From an uncultured virus (IMG/VR IMGVR_UViG_3300020416_000657) (lineage: Duplodnaviria; Heunggongvirae; Uroviricota; Caudoviricetes), in the IMG/VR virus record IMGVR_UViG_3300020416_000657: DNA of 64,000 nucleotides; one strand, given 5' to 3'. Both the position numbers and the translations under genes were made by a program. Positions 20,301 through 30,611 of the stretch are shown here, piece after piece. Position 1 is the first letter of the stretch; every line of letters starts with the position of its first letter. Under the pieces are notes generated by a model that searched no databases, was not told where the DNA came from, and was given only the letters and a program-made list of their open reading frames with translations.

Positions 20301-21097
20301 TAGTAGAGATGAATTTCAATTCAACGGATACTGGTGAATACGCATTGGATTACTTTGCTAACGATGCTGGTAGATATACGGTTCTTATTGCAGATGATAC
20401 CGAAAGAAGTACAGAATTCTTCTTTGCTAATGATACACTAACATCACTTGAAGTTCAGGCTGTCGCAACGGATAGTGTAGAAATGGGTGAGTCTGTATTG
20501 ATATCATTCGTATTCTTCAGAAATCCGACTGACTCATTTACAATGCAAGATTCAGTAAGTGTAGAAAGAGGTGTTGGTGCTGTTGAGACTCTTCTGTTTG
20601 CTGACGCGATTGATAAATTTGATATCGGAGTTAACCCAACAGATACACCAAATGCGGATGATTCAACAGCATTTGATGTAACCGCTGGTAGAGCTGACAC
20701 ATTTACAAGTGATGATACACTATCAATAGAACCACAATTGATTAGTACTGATACAACACTAACGCAAGACACTCCATCTGTAGAGGCACAACCAAGACCT
20801 ACTGACTCAGTAGCTACCGCAGATAGTGTGAATAAGTTTGATATAGGTGTCAATCCAACTGATACAAGTGCTACTGCTGACAGTATAAATAATTTTGATA
20901 TCACAACTGGCCCAACAGATACTTCAAATACTGCTGATTCAATTACTAAACTTGATATAGAGATAGACCTCACAGGTTCTTCCGTGGACGAAGATGCTGC
21001 TATAAGTGATAGTGGTAGTCTTATCTCACAATCATATACAGTCGATTTAACTTACTTTGCCGAAGATTATGTTGCTGATACGGTAGTGAATTTTTAA
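17303..21097 (+). CDS. gp7: baseplate wedge initiator (gp7-like) with inserted beta-rich modules
   Basis: QLPEFI, FIEKYFEFME, FYTAKGS..AIKLLFRILYNE, YQPFAYQIQS and HPAGF core motifs; follows gp6. Confidence 0.8.
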   Translation: MTNRIPSYLEYIKTIAITSAGSGYTSGVTLLIDAPTGDNPIQAAATATIDFSGSGDITAINITEGGDGYVLTPSVKVSGGATTVTSTTTNTGLDAGTYTGVEPTSTSGVGQFGTFTIVINGNGDVTSITPVSNGNDYVEGDTVSFLPTALGGTGSELTVVGTITHINGGQGAILTAEVDIIAKADVYAQPKISKLVGQQLPEFIRNDHALFQTFIEKYFEFMELTNETDSSKHGPLKVLQDFLAKLDVDFNDDGSINTDDNFLKEFYKDYVKDLPLGQTAKLSLVLKNINDFYTAKGSGEAIKLLFRILYNEEVELFNAQEFVLRPSSSKWQEDYVVKVYERKTFINADTEDFDPQNFVGQQVDLHYYESTGSVTNAFTKRASVQSVKKIAYTNPQAYELVLSGINNTFSLPGPGAGSLSNDEMLQPEVAGDIGTITGTEGGGSFNTPDPSVVDGTYSITDSDFTSYIDIDYDNSLAISKGTYVKANNKIYLATNQGVTNGVGTGPNHESGDAIDGNVKFRFIEITSATGHYSSGSSGATFTVVIAGNAVSSVTVTDNGTDYYPNEIIEIPATEFGGTGTGVKIKVASITNGKVKKVIIIDGGTGFAANPQIIVSENASDTITQEALIETRTTNGVVDQILFTNNQQGAGYNNLPDLRISTGLTLTFVSLAGEVFPDTTSGDVFSAMKGMVTRVLNTAKFNSIKDGSSTTAGGFKIGDSYVINESGGILGVYAIDYFGEDYTLTGVSNNAYVRITSLNDVGYPATFEVLAVGQGFNRQDFQIELESPTGQIALVDFNTGYNAVLGGVAGDAGGFLSDANRLFDNIVYQPFAYQIQSELQASEWKDYVKRAAHPAGFALYGDLQIKQDIDFSAGFTVETDVYMFFKYPDIEEILVDESVVKAVEIAEAGPDSIFPGDAINTFDVTTTQTESVGIQSEEGPYTFVGTSVRVFYATSDGTETGDPYFEQHSSASDDYVERFGVGDYFLNDGGPYVELGNPQKLVEMNFNSTDTGEYALDYFANDAGRYTVLIADDTERSTEFFFANDTLTSLEVQAVATDSVEMGESVLISFVFFRNPTDSFTMQDSVSVERGVGAVETLLFADAIDKFDIGVNPTDTPNADDSTAFDVTAGRADTFTSDDTLSIEPQLISTDTTLTQDTPSVEAQPRPTDSVATADSVNKFDIGVNPTDTSATADSINNFDITTGPTDTSNTADSITKLDIEIDLTGSSVDEDAAISDSGSLISQSYTVDLTYFAEDYVADTVVNF
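20560..20970 (+). repeat. about 19-aa acidic tandem repeats in the gp7 C-terminus
   Basis: DAIDKFDIGVNPTDTPNAD / DSVNKFDIGVNPTDTSATA / DSINNFDITTGPTDTSNTA / DSITKLDIEI. Confidence 0.75.
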
Positions 21098-21114
21098 AAA
21101 CTAATTTTAATTCT

Positions 21115-21122
21115 TATAAATA
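21115..21122 (+). promoter_or_regulatory. T4-type late promoter
   Basis: Intergenic TATAAATA upstream of 21164. Confidence 0.7.
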
Positions 21123-21163
21123 AGGAATAACAAGGCAATAACTAATTTTTAGAGGAGATAACA

Positions 21164-21613
21164 ATGTTGCAAAAAAATGCCTTAGACGCTAAGGGTCGAT
21201 TGACTCTTGAGTTGTTTGATGAGTTTGGGAACTTAAAAGAAACCCAAGAAATAAAAAATGTCGTTGTAAACAACGGTCTTAACTATATCGCATCTCGTAT
21301 GAAAGATGCATCTGCTACCGCGATGTCACATATGGCAATCGGTTCAGATAATACTGCTGCCGCTGCTGGTAATACCGCATTAGGTACAGAACTTGGTAGG
21401 GTTGCTCTTACTTCTACTACTGTCACTTCAAATTCAGTCGCTTATGTTGGGGACTTCCCCGCTGGTACTGGTACAGGTGCGGTTGTTGAGGCAGGAATCT
21501 TAAACGCTAGTTCTGGTGGTACGCTACTGTGTAGAACTGTATTTTCTGTGGTAAACAAAGCCGCTGCTGATACACTAAAGATCACTTGGACGGTTACTGT
21601 ATCTGACTCCTAA
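21164..21613 (+). CDS. virion structural protein (fibre/baseplate attachment domain)
   Basis: KNVVVNNGLNYIASRM..MSHMAIG...TALGTELGR...GAVVEAGILNA..GTLLCRTVFSVVNK motif, like N-terminal tail-fibre/baseplate domains; strong GAGGAG Shine-Dalgarno. Confidence 0.7.
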   Translation: MLQKNALDAKGRLTLELFDEFGNLKETQEIKNVVVNNGLNYIASRMKDASATAMSHMAIGSDNTAAAAGNTALGTELGRVALTSTTVTSNSVAYVGDFPAGTGTGAVVEAGILNASSGGTLLCRTVFSVVNKAAADTLKITWTVTVSDS

Positions 21614-21636
21614 GAGTTAAACTAAGGAGTTAGTGC

Positions 21637-23235
21637 ATGGCCATTCTGTTACTAGAACAGGCAAGGTTTCATCAGGCGAGGTCTTTCTATAGAGACATCT
21701 ATAACGGCAATGATAAATTTTATCTTGCGGCCTCGCGTACTGAAACATGGACGGATGATACTGCGCCTGATACATCGGTAGATAATCGTGTCGATGTGCA
21801 GAACTTCAGAGACAAGATACTTTTTGTAAAAAGAGTACAGTCTGCTGATACGGCTATGTTAGCTCGTAGGATTGATTGGGTAACTGGTACGGTTTATGAT
21901 AGGTATGATGATGCTTATAGTTCCTCAAATCCATCCAATTCTGGTGCTACATCATTACATACTGCAAACTTTTATGCCTTAACAGACGATTTTAATGTTT
22001 ACAAATGTATTGATAATAACAGTAATGGACAAAGTACCGTAAAACCAAACAGTACTGGAACTGAAATATTTACAACCTCAGATGGTTATAAATGGAAATT
22101 TTTATTTCAAATAGGTGCTTCAGATAGAACTAAGTTTTTATCTACAGCATTTATGCCAGTCAGAAAAGTATCTGGTGCTGGTCAACCATCGTTTGATGTA
22201 AACGGTGAGATTGATAGTATTACAGTTAGTAATGGGGGAAGTGGATATACTTCACCACCTACTATTACCATAAACGGAGATGGTGTTGGTGCTACTGCAG
22301 CTGCTACTATAAGTGGTGGAGCAGTAACCGCTATAACCATAACTGGTGCTGGTTCTGGATATACTTTTGCAGACATAGTTATAACTGGTGGTGCTGGTGC
22401 TAACGCGAAAGCAGATGCTGTTCTTGGAAGTACAGACACACCAAGTTTACAAACAAATGTGGAAGGTACTGCTGTAAAAGGAACCATTGATAAAATAGTA
22501 GTTACAAATCAAGGTTCAGATTATACTGCTGGTGATGTAAGTATAAAAATATTAGGTGATGGTGTTGGTGCTACTGCAGCCGCTGTGGTAAATACAAATG
22601 GAAATGTCACAGGGGTAACCATAACAAATCCAGGCTCTGGATATACAAATGCAAGTGTTGAACTTACTCAGGCATCTGGTGGTGGAATTAATGCTGCTTT
22701 TAGAGTTATCATATCACCTATTGACGGACACGGAGCTCACCCACAAAAAGAATTGTTTTGTAAGAGGGTGGGCGTAACAGTTTCTTTTGATAATGATTCT
22801 AGAGATTTAATTACAGGAAACGACTATAGACAAGTTGGGTTGATGAAAAACATTACTAAATATAGTTTAAGTACCTTATTCGATGATGCAACTGGTTCTC
22901 CTCATTTCATCATAGGAATAAGTGACCCCAACAATTATGGCCCAGACGATAAACTAACCGCGACAAGTGGAGGTAGTTTTACAGTAGCACAGTTAAGAGA
23001 TACAACAGGAAATGGAACGGACGATAGTGTTTATTTACAGGAAGATGTGGCAGGAATAGGCATTAGTGACACAATTACAAATTTAACAAAAGGACTCTCT
23101 AGTTTACCTATAAATAGTCTTACAAATCCAGAAATAGACCACAACTCTGGAGACATAGTTTACTTTGATAATAGAAAACCTATTACAAGAGAAGAGGGTC
23201 AAGTAGAGACAGTAAAAATAATATTTACTTTCTAA
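21637..23235 (+). CDS. gp8: baseplate wedge subunit
   Basis: [40 protein letters not shown] and [26 protein letters not shown] motifs. Confidence 0.92.
   Translation: MAILLLEQARFHQARSFYRDIYNGNDKFYLAASRTETWTDDTAPDTSVDNRVDVQNFRDKILFVKRVQSADTAMLARRIDWVTGTVYDRYDDAYSSSNPSNSGATSLHTANFYALTDDFNVYKCIDNNSNGQSTVKPNSTGTEIFTTSDGYKWKFLFQIGASDRTKFLSTAFMPVRKVSGAGQPSFDVNGEIDSITVSNGGSGYTSPPTITINGDGVGATAAATISGGAVTAITITGAGSGYTFADIVITGGAGANAKADAVLGSTDTPSLQTNVEGTAVKGTIDKIVVTNQGSDYTAGDVSIKILGDGVGATAAAVVNTNGNVTGVTITNPGSGYTNASVELTQASGGGINAAFRVIISPIDGHGAHPQKELFCKRVGVTVSFDNDSRDLITGNDYRQVGLMKNITKYSLSTLFDDATGSPHFIIGISDPNNYGPDDKLTATSGGSFTVAQLRDTTGNGTDDSVYLQEDVAGIGISDTITNLTKGLSSLPINSLTNPEIDHNSGDIVYFDNRKPITREEGQVETVKIIFTF
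23109..23116 (+). promoter_or_regulatory. T4-type late promoter inside the gp8 3' end
   Basis: TATAAATA 130 nt upstream of the 2368-aa gene. Confidence 0.5.
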
Positions 23236-23245
23236 GGGAAAAGAA

Positions 23246-26200
23246 ATGGCGATTGATTTAAATGTAACACCTTATTATAACGATTTTTCAGCAGCGAAAA
23301 AGTTTAATCGCGTAGTCTTCAAGCCTGGAGTTGCGGTACAAGCCAGAGAGTTAACCCAGTTACAAGATTATGTGTTAAACACCATAAAAGAATTTGGTGA
23401 TTTTGTATTCACCGATGGTGCTACAGTAAGAGGTGGTTCTGGATATCCTGTCCTTGTCCCTTATATTAAAATTAACGATGTTGATTCTTCTGGTACTGCC
23501 GTATCAAATGACACTCTTGCAAATTATATTGGCGACACAATAACTGGTTCTACGACAGGAATCAAAGCAGAAATTAAAGATTGTAAAACTGGAAGTGACA
23601 CAGATGCAGTTAAAAAGAAAACATTTTATCTTAACTACACCAAAGGTAATGAATTAGAATCTGGTATTATTGAATCTTCAATAAGATTTGAGGCAGGAGA
23701 AACATTAACTGTAACTAGTACTGACTCTGGAAGAAACGGAGATACCTTTGTTGTAGATAATAATACAGACATTGCTAGTTTTACCAAAAACTTTTATGGG
23801 TACGCGATAGACTTTGTTATAGAAGAAGGTATTATATACGCTCAAGGTAAATTTATTGCTCATGATACTCAGACACTAAGACTTGACGATTTCAATATGA
23901 ATGTCAACTTCTTTGTTGGTATCAAAGTAAATGAGTCAATTGTAACTTCAGATGATGATTCAAGTCTTCTAGACCCCGCTACAGGTGCTTTCAACTTTAA
24001 TGCACCAGGCGCCGATAGAACTAAAATAGACACCGTAATTACAAAAGTTCCATACGGAAAAGATTACGCTAACTCAACAATATATGAAATCGGTGAGTTT
24101 ATATCAAACGGTGATAACATTTACGAAGTTACTACCTCTGGTACAACTAATTCAGTTGGTGATGGCCCAACTCATACTACAGGTAACGCGACAGATGGTA
24201 CTGTGGTATTTAAATATTTTGAAATGCCAACTGGGTTTACTGCTCTTTATAAAGTAAAACAAGGACAGATACAAAAGAAATATGATACCAGATTAAATGA
24301 ACTTGCAGAACTCGGTAAAGCTCTTGCTGTAGAGAAAAATGAAACAGATGGTGATTATGTAATTGAACCGTTTACTATAAAAATAGTAGAGCATTTAAAA
24401 ACATTAAAAGGTGTAACTTTTAATACATCAACAAATACCAATTATAGTGTGGGTCAATATGTAAATCACTTAGGTAATCTTTATGAAGTGAATATTGCTG
24501 GAACCTCTAATTCTGGTACTCCACCAGTACATACAAGTGGAGATGTTCTTAGTGGCACAGTAAGTTTTGGTTACAGAGGTGTATCATATAGAATAGATAA
24601 CGAAGGATATAGATTTAGTACAAACGCTACAGACCCAGGCGATGCAAATGCGCTTATGGCACTTGTTTCGCCAGGCATTGCATACGCAAATGGATTCCGA
24701 AGAGAATATTTCAAAAACCAACCAATAAAAATTAGAAAAGGAACATCTACAGAAACCAAAGAATCTAGAGATGTCACATTAGGATATGGTAACTATTTTA
24801 ATGTTAAAGAAGTTGTTGGTACATTTGATATAGAAAATGGTGGGGTATGTAATATTGGATTCTTTGGAAGTATAGGTTCACAGACAGGTGCAGCCGCTCA
24901 CTCAGATGGAACATTTGGTGGACATGCTGCTTTAGGAACAACTATTGGTACATGTAGGGTTCGTGCCTTAAAGAGGGCATCTGGAAACCCAGGCGCTGCT
25001 GCTACACAATACAGACTTTTTGTATATGATGTAAGAATACGAGATGGAAAAATTGGGGACGCGAGATGTATTCAATTCCCAAATTCTACTGATAGTGGTT
25101 TCGCTGACATCATACTCGATGATACAACTGGAAATGGAACTGGTGATACTGCTTTTGTACACGGAACAGATTACAACAAATTAGTTTATCAAGCACCTTG
25201 GCAGTCAACTAAGACCCTTGCAGCTGCTGGTGGTGGAACATATGATACTCAATATTTTTATACAGAAGAATTCAATGTAAGTGTTCCTGCTAATGGTCAG
25301 TTTAGTATCAGTACTGCATCACTTGGTTCAGAAGTAATATTCCCATATAGTGTTGCTGGTTTGACACAGACAATATTAGATAATAAAATTTACATGGTAT
25401 GTAAGACTTCTGGTATCACAGATATTGGTGATGGTACTACTATTTCTGGTTCTGAAGGTCGAGTTATTAGAATTACCCCAAGCATGGTTACAGCTGCTGC
25501 TAACGGTCAAACAATGGAGTTTGATGTTGGTACACCTAGTGGAACATATGACGCTTACTTACAAGTAGAAGTAAAAGTAGTTGATGCTGTTCCAGTACCA
25601 AAAGCACTCAATACTGGTAGATATGTCAAGATTGACACGCGAGATAATGTCGGCGGTGCAAACGGGCCATGGCCTCTTGGTATAGTAGATGTTAAGGAAA
25701 TTGAAGCGATATATGTTTCTTCAGACTTAAACACATACTTAGACGATTCAGATAATAAAATTAACCATAAAAAAGATTTTATTTTAGATACTGGACAGAA
25801 CGATAACTTCTATGGTCACTCAAAAATAGTTAAAAAAGCAACAAGTTCTCTCAACACAACAGACAAACTTTTAACAGTTAAATTGAGTCACTTTACCGCT
25901 AACTATGGTGGTTCAAATGGAACATACTTTGCAAAAGATTCTTATCCAGTAGACGATACTGGTGCTACTGGTATATACACATTTGAAATTCCTTATCACA
26001 ATTCTAAAAAACTAGGTAACTTTAATCTTAGGGATGCGATTGATTTTAGACCAAGAAGTAAACAGACTGCTGTATCTGCTACAACATTAGAAGTTGCTAC
26101 TGAAAATCCATATCCTACAGATGATTTTGATTTACCTTCAAACGGTATTCAATTCCCGACACCTAATAGTAATTTTACAACAGATGTAGAATACTATCTG

Positions 26201-29200
26201 CCTAGAATAGATAAACTTGTTATAAGTAAATCTGGTCAGATGAAGATTGTCGAGGGTATATCTGCTCTGCCTGCTAAAGGGCCATCTATGGATGATGCAA
26301 TGCAGATTGCTGAAATACAAATTCCACCTTTCCCATCATTGGCGCCAGGACTTGCTGCTAGATTTGGACAAGAATTAAATGCTGTCTTTCATAAACTAGA
26401 GGGACAACATAGACGATTCACCATGAGAGACATTGGTGCAATCTCAAAAAGAATTGATAGACTAGAATATTATCTTGCTTTAAGTCTAATGGAAATGCAA
26501 GCAAAAGACCAAGTTATTCTAGACTCAAACGGAAATGATAGATTTAAAAATGGTATCTATGTAAACTCATTTGATGGAGACCTACTAAGTGATTTATCAG
26601 ACCCAAGTTATGCTGCTTCTTATGATTCTCAGAAGAAAAGATTAGGGCCTAACTTTGATGACTATCAAGTAGACTTAAAATTAAATGACACACATGGCAC
26701 TTCTGGGTGGGTTCAACAAGGTAGTTCAATTACAAGACCTTTTGTTTTAGAAGCTGGATTAGAAAATAGATTCGCAACTAAGGTAAGAAACTGTGTAGGT
26801 GAATTGTTGTTTAACTATGACGGTGAAATGGATTTATTCCCTCGTTCAGATTCGGGTGCTACTTTTAAAACTCAACAACAGAAAAATGTAATTACATTAT
26901 CAAATGCTGCCGCTGTTCAAGCTCAAGTTGACTCTTTTAATAATAGTGATAATGCTGTTAGATTTGAAACTAGTTTTGAAGCTGGTTTGTTAAATTCAGA
27001 TGGAAGTTTTGTTGAGGGGGGAACCCGACCAGTTGAAAAAGAAGCGATTACAATTTCTGGTGAAACTGACGCAACTGGAACAATTACTGGTGATGTATCA
27101 CAAAGTATTACAACACTAAATGGCGGTGCAAGAAATGGATGGTTTGAACAAAGAGGAGATGGTTCGGTAACTGGTGATATTGGCGGTACAATTTCTGCGA
27201 GTGCAACTGCTACTCAAACTATGGAGGTTCAAGACATTGTACAGAAAACTACTTCCATAATAACCACCGCGACAGCATCCGCTGTAGACACTCAAGTACA
27301 CCCATTAGGTAACTTTGTTACGGATGTTTCTCTACTACCAAACATGAGAGGAAACAGAATAGGTGTTAGGGTTCGCAGAATGAAACCCAACACAAGATTA
27401 TATTTCTACTTTGATGATATCAGACAAGATGATAGATGTTGTCCTTGTGACCCAGGCGGGTTTGACGCTCTGATTCCAGCATGGAAAGCATCTGGTTCCA
27501 GAACAGGACACATATTCTTAGGTGCAAGATTAAATGCCGCTCCTTTGGGTGGTGTTGAAGATGAAAGTAAAAACTATCTGTTTAGTGCTTCTGCTCCTGC
27601 TGATATAGGTTCACCTATTGTTACTGACTCAAACGGTGACGCTGCTTTTGTTTACTGGTTACCAAGAGGTAATGATGGTTCAGCGGAAGCTGCTGGACTA
27701 CCTACATTTGCCGTAGGTACAAGAAGGATGCGAGTAACAGATGACCCAGAAGATAGATACAATTTTGTAACAACATCAGCAGAAAATATTTACTCTGCTT
27801 TTGCCATGAATGTTTTCCAAAAGGAAACAGATATAGTTTACGAACAACACGCGATGACTACTTCAACTACTGTAGGTGAACCAGTACTTGAAAAGAAAGG
27901 AACAATGGTTACAGATGTAGACCTTCAGCCAGGCGAAATGACTCTCAATGCAGACTTAAACGCCAGACTTGATGTTACCTCACCAACATTTATTCACCAT
28001 CCACCTATAAGAAGGGGAGACCCAATCGCTCAAACATTTGGTATCGGTGATGCACCAAGTGGAGCATTTATAAAGAAAATGAGAGTTTGGTTTAGAGACA
28101 GACCAGGCCAATCTGCTAATGTTGCAAATTCAGCAACTGATACTGGACAGGGTATTACATGTGAGTTAAGAAAAGTACTGAATGGGTTCCCAACCGATGT
28201 AGTTCTTTCTGGTGCTAGGAAGTTCTTAAAAGCATCAGAAGTAAAAACAACTCCAGATATATCTGGTGGTAGACAAACTAACTATCAGTTTACAGCAGAT
28301 GTTGCTACAGACTTTGAGTTTGATGAACCAATTTATGTCGCACCAAATGAAGAATACGCCATGGTTCTTATGCCTCAACGAAATGACCCCAATTACAATG
28401 TTTGGTGTTCTAAGTTAGGTGAAAATAAAATAGGAACAGAAGAAAGGGTAACTGCGGAAGAAACTGATATCGCTGGAATGTTATTTACTTCATCAAACAA
28501 CAGGGCTTGGAGTCCTCACCAAACAGAAGACTTGAAATATGTGGCTTTCTATGAAAGATTTACAGTTGGTTCTGGAACATGCGAGTTTGTAAACGAAGAT
28601 GCAGAATTTATTACTGCTTCAGATTATCTAAACGGTAGACCGATTGATGGACAAGATGTTCATACATTTAAAGTTGGTATCGCTGGTGGTGGTTCTGGTT
28701 ATAGTGTCAATGATATTATTACATTGAACGCAATTAATGTCCAGACTGCTACTGCTTCATCCAGTAATAATCTTTCTGGTTCTGGAGTCAAATTAAAAGT
28801 AACTTCAGTAAGTTCTGGTGTAGTAACTGGAGTAGAAATTCATGATGCTGGTATAGGATTTAAACCACAAAGAGCAAGTGATTTTCCTGCTAATGTTTCT
28901 ATACCAACTACAGGACAGGCTTCTGTTACTCCTACTGGTGGTTCTGGTGCTACATTTACATTAAAGATTAAACACGGACAGATAGACGAAGTAGACCCAC
29001 GAACAGAAAAGATGGAAATCATCTATGATAAAGAAACAATAGATGCTGCTTACGCTGGTGATTCTGACTTCCTTTTTGCTGTAGGTGATGTCTTGGGAAC
29101 AGGTGACCCTGTTACTGCTGACGGAGAACAAGGATTCAATAGGAATACTTCATTTAAGATTGCCAGTATCTTTAACAAGACCTTTAATAGTCTTAGAACT

Positions 29201-30352
29201 AACATGACTGTTAAAGAATTCCCAGAAGCTCAAATTAAATATAAAGCATGTGTAACAAACTCTACTGGTTCAACTGCTGCTGGTTCTACATTTACGGATA
29301 TATTACCAGTTGTCAGACAACCTACTGTTCTAGAGGCTGGTCTGTTCTCCGCGAAGAACGAGTTTGCATTTACTGGTGGTTCTAAAGTAGCTAAGAAGAG
29401 TTATCGACACAGGTATGAATTGAGTACTGATACCACACTTCTTTCTCCAGTTATATCACTATATCGTAATGCTGCTATACTAAGAAAATTTGATATCAAC
29501 AATGATTCTACTGGTGAAGAAACTAATACTGGTAACGCATTATCTAAGTTTATTTCAAGGAGAGTTCGTCTTGCTGATGGACAAGAAGCAGAGGATGTAA
29601 GACTTTCAGTTGCTCTAAGACAACCGCCTGGCTCTTCATTTAAAATTTACTTCAAAGGACAAGCAATAGAAGATGATGGAGATTTTTACGAAGATTTACC
29701 TTGGATAGAAATGGAACTTGACGATACAAATCCGAAAGGAATTGCTATGTCACAAAGTAGGTTTATCGACTTTAACTACAAGTTGCCTAGTACTGCTTTA
29801 GACTCAGATGGAATATTTACACAATCTGTTAAGCGTGTAAACGCTCTAACAATCGGTACTGCTGGAAGTGGTATCGCAAGTGCAAGTTCTGTAAACTTCT
29901 CATTTAGTGGAGGTGGTTCTGCTGTTACTAAACAGGCACAAATTAAATGTACTGCATTGTCTGCTGGTGGTCTCGCAACTTTAGAAATTGTAGACCCAGG
30001 CCGAGGATATACTACCGCACCAACTGTTAAAGTATTCGATGACCACGCGGTAAGTAAATTTTATGCTACAGGAACAATTATAGGTAATTCTGGTAACATA
30101 TATGAAGCAACAGTAGGTGGTACAACTGGTGCAGCTTCTGCTAGTTCTGCGCCTACACACGGTTCTGGTACTGCTACAGATGGAACGGTTACATGGACAT
30201 TTAGAGGAACAAGACCCGCTGTCACATGTACGGTTGCAGACACAGAGTTTAAGAGATTTAAGTATTTCTCAAGTAAATTGGTAATGCTTACATCAAACAC
30301 TTCTCAAGTACCAGAAGCAAAACAATTGAGGATTATCGCCTTACAGGCGTGA
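23246..30352 (+). CDS. large virion structural protein (VrlC/DUF4815-like)
   Basis: N-terminal LNVTPYYNDF...VVFKPGVAVQARELTQLQ, APGADR, RRFTMRDIG..RIDRLEYY, DRFKNG, DPIAQTF; ends LRIIALQA. Confidence 0.85.
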   Translation: MAIDLNVTPYYNDFSAAKKFNRVVFKPGVAVQARELTQLQDYVLNTIKEFGDFVFTDGATVRGGSGYPVLVPYIKINDVDSSGTAVSNDTLANYIGDTITGSTTGIKAEIKDCKTGSDTDAVKKKTFYLNYTKGNELESGIIESSIRFEAGETLTVTSTDSGRNGDTFVVDNNTDIASFTKNFYGYAIDFVIEEGIIYAQGKFIAHDTQTLRLDDFNMNVNFFVGIKVNESIVTSDDDSSLLDPATGAFNFNAPGADRTKIDTVITKVPYGKDYANSTIYEIGEFISNGDNIYEVTTSGTTNSVGDGPTHTTGNATDGTVVFKYFEMPTGFTALYKVKQGQIQKKYDTRLNELAELGKALAVEKNETDGDYVIEPFTIKIVEHLKTLKGVTFNTSTNTNYSVGQYVNHLGNLYEVNIAGTSNSGTPPVHTSGDVLSGTVSFGYRGVSYRIDNEGYRFSTNATDPGDANALMALVSPGIAYANGFRREYFKNQPIKIRKGTSTETKESRDVTLGYGNYFNVKEVVGTFDIENGGVCNIGFFGSIGSQTGAAAHSDGTFGGHAALGTTIGTCRVRALKRASGNPGAAATQYRLFVYDVRIRDGKIGDARCIQFPNSTDSGFADIILDDTTGNGTGDTAFVHGTDYNKLVYQAPWQSTKTLAAAGGGTYDTQYFYTEEFNVSVPANGQFSISTASLGSEVIFPYSVAGLTQTILDNKIYMVCKTSGITDIGDGTTISGSEGRVIRITPSMVTAAANGQTMEFDVGTPSGTYDAYLQVEVKVVDAVPVPKALNTGRYVKIDTRDNVGGANGPWPLGIVDVKEIEAIYVSSDLNTYLDDSDNKINHKKDFILDTGQNDNFYGHSKIVKKATSSLNTTDKLLTVKLSHFTANYGGSNGTYFAKDSYPVDDTGATGIYTFEIPYHNSKKLGNFNLRDAIDFRPRSKQTAVSATTLEVATENPYPTDDFDLPSNGIQFPTPNSNFTTDVEYYLPRIDKLVISKSGQMKIVEGISALPAKGPSMDDAMQIAEIQIPPFPSLAPGLAARFGQELNAVFHKLEGQHRRFTMRDIGAISKRIDRLEYYLALSLMEMQAKDQVILDSNGNDRFKNGIYVNSFDGDLLSDLSDPSYAASYDSQKKRLGPNFDDYQVDLKLNDTHGTSGWVQQGSSITRPFVLEAGLENRFATKVRNCVGELLFNYDGEMDLFPRSDSGATFKTQQQKNVITLSNAAAVQAQVDSFNNSDNAVRFETSFEAGLLNSDGSFVEGGTRPVEKEAITISGETDATGTITGDVSQSITTLNGGARNGWFEQRGDGSVTGDIGGTISASATATQTMEVQDIVQKTTSIITTATASAVDTQVHPLGNFVTDVSLLPNMRGNRIGVRVRRMKPNTRLYFYFDDIRQDDRCCPCDPGGFDALIPAWKASGSRTGHIFLGARLNAAPLGGVEDESKNYLFSASAPADIGSPIVTDSNGDAAFVYWLPRGNDGSAEAAGLPTFAVGTRRMRVTDDPEDRYNFVTTSAENIYSAFAMNVFQKETDIVYEQHAMTTSTTVGEPVLEKKGTMVTDVDLQPGEMTLNADLNARLDVTSPTFIHHPPIRRGDPIAQTFGIGDAPSGAFIKKMRVWFRDRPGQSANVANSATDTGQGITCELRKVLNGFPTDVVLSGARKFLKASEVKTTPDISGGRQTNYQFTADVATDFEFDEPIYVAPNEEYAMVLMPQRNDPNYNVWCSKLGENKIGTEERVTAEETDIAGMLFTSSNNRAWSPHQTEDLKYVAFYERFTVGSGTCEFVNEDAEFITASDYLNGRPIDGQDVHTFKVGIAGGGSGYSVNDIITLNAINVQTATASSSNNLSGSGVKLKVTSVSSGVVTGVEIHDAGIGFKPQRASDFPANVSIPTTGQASVTPTGGSGATFTLKIKHGQIDEVDPRTEKMEIIYDKETIDAAYAGDSDFLFAVGDVLGTGDPVTADGEQGFNRNTSFKIASIFNKTFNSLRTNMTVKEFPEAQIKYKACVTNSTGSTAAGSTFTDILPVVRQPTVLEAGLFSAKNEFAFTGGSKVAKKSYRHRYELSTDTTLLSPVISLYRNAAILRKFDINNDSTGEETNTGNALSKFISRRVRLADGQEAEDVRLSVALRQPPGSSFKIYFKGQAIEDDGDFYEDLPWIEMELDDTNPKGIAMSQSRFIDFNYKLPSTALDSDGIFTQSVKRVNALTIGTAGSGIASASSVNFSFSGGGSAVTKQAQIKCTALSAGGLATLEIVDPGRGYTTAPTVKVFDDHAVSKFYATGTIIGNSGNIYEATVGGTTGAASASSAPTHGSGTATDGTVTWTFRGTRPAVTCTVADTEFKRFKYFSSKLVMLTSNTSQVPEAKQLRIIALQA

Positions 30353-30362
30353 TAAATAGAAT

Positions 30363-30596
30363 ATGGCAAGCGAATTAGGACAAGTATCAAGTTTAGAATA
30401 TAACAGAGATAAAGAATCTGGTGCTTTGGTAAATGTAGACAATTCTGGTTTAGCTGCGTACAAACGAAGAAAATATTTGGCGAATCAAAGAAACAGTCAA
30501 ATAACTGAAATGTCAGATGATATAAATAGTCTGAAAGAAGATTTCCAAGAAATCAAAAGCATTTTAATGCAACTTGTTAATAACATTGATAAATAA
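30363..30596 (+). CDS. conserved small hypothetical protein
   Basis: RDKESGALVNVD..AYKRRK...DDINSLK..EIKSIL pattern, commonly found after VrlC-like genes. Confidence 0.75.
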   Translation: MASELGQVSSLEYNRDKESGALVNVDNSGLAAYKRRKYLANQRNSQITEMSDDINSLKEDFQEIKSILMQLVNNIDK

Positions 30597-30611
30597 AGAT
30601 AGGGAAGAGAC

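Noticed and set aside
20560..20970. Periodic repeats as a possible CRISPR array or diversity-generating retroelement template
   Set aside because: The repeats are in-frame protein repeats with synonymous divergence. There are no identical DNA repeats with spacers and no reverse transcriptase in the window.
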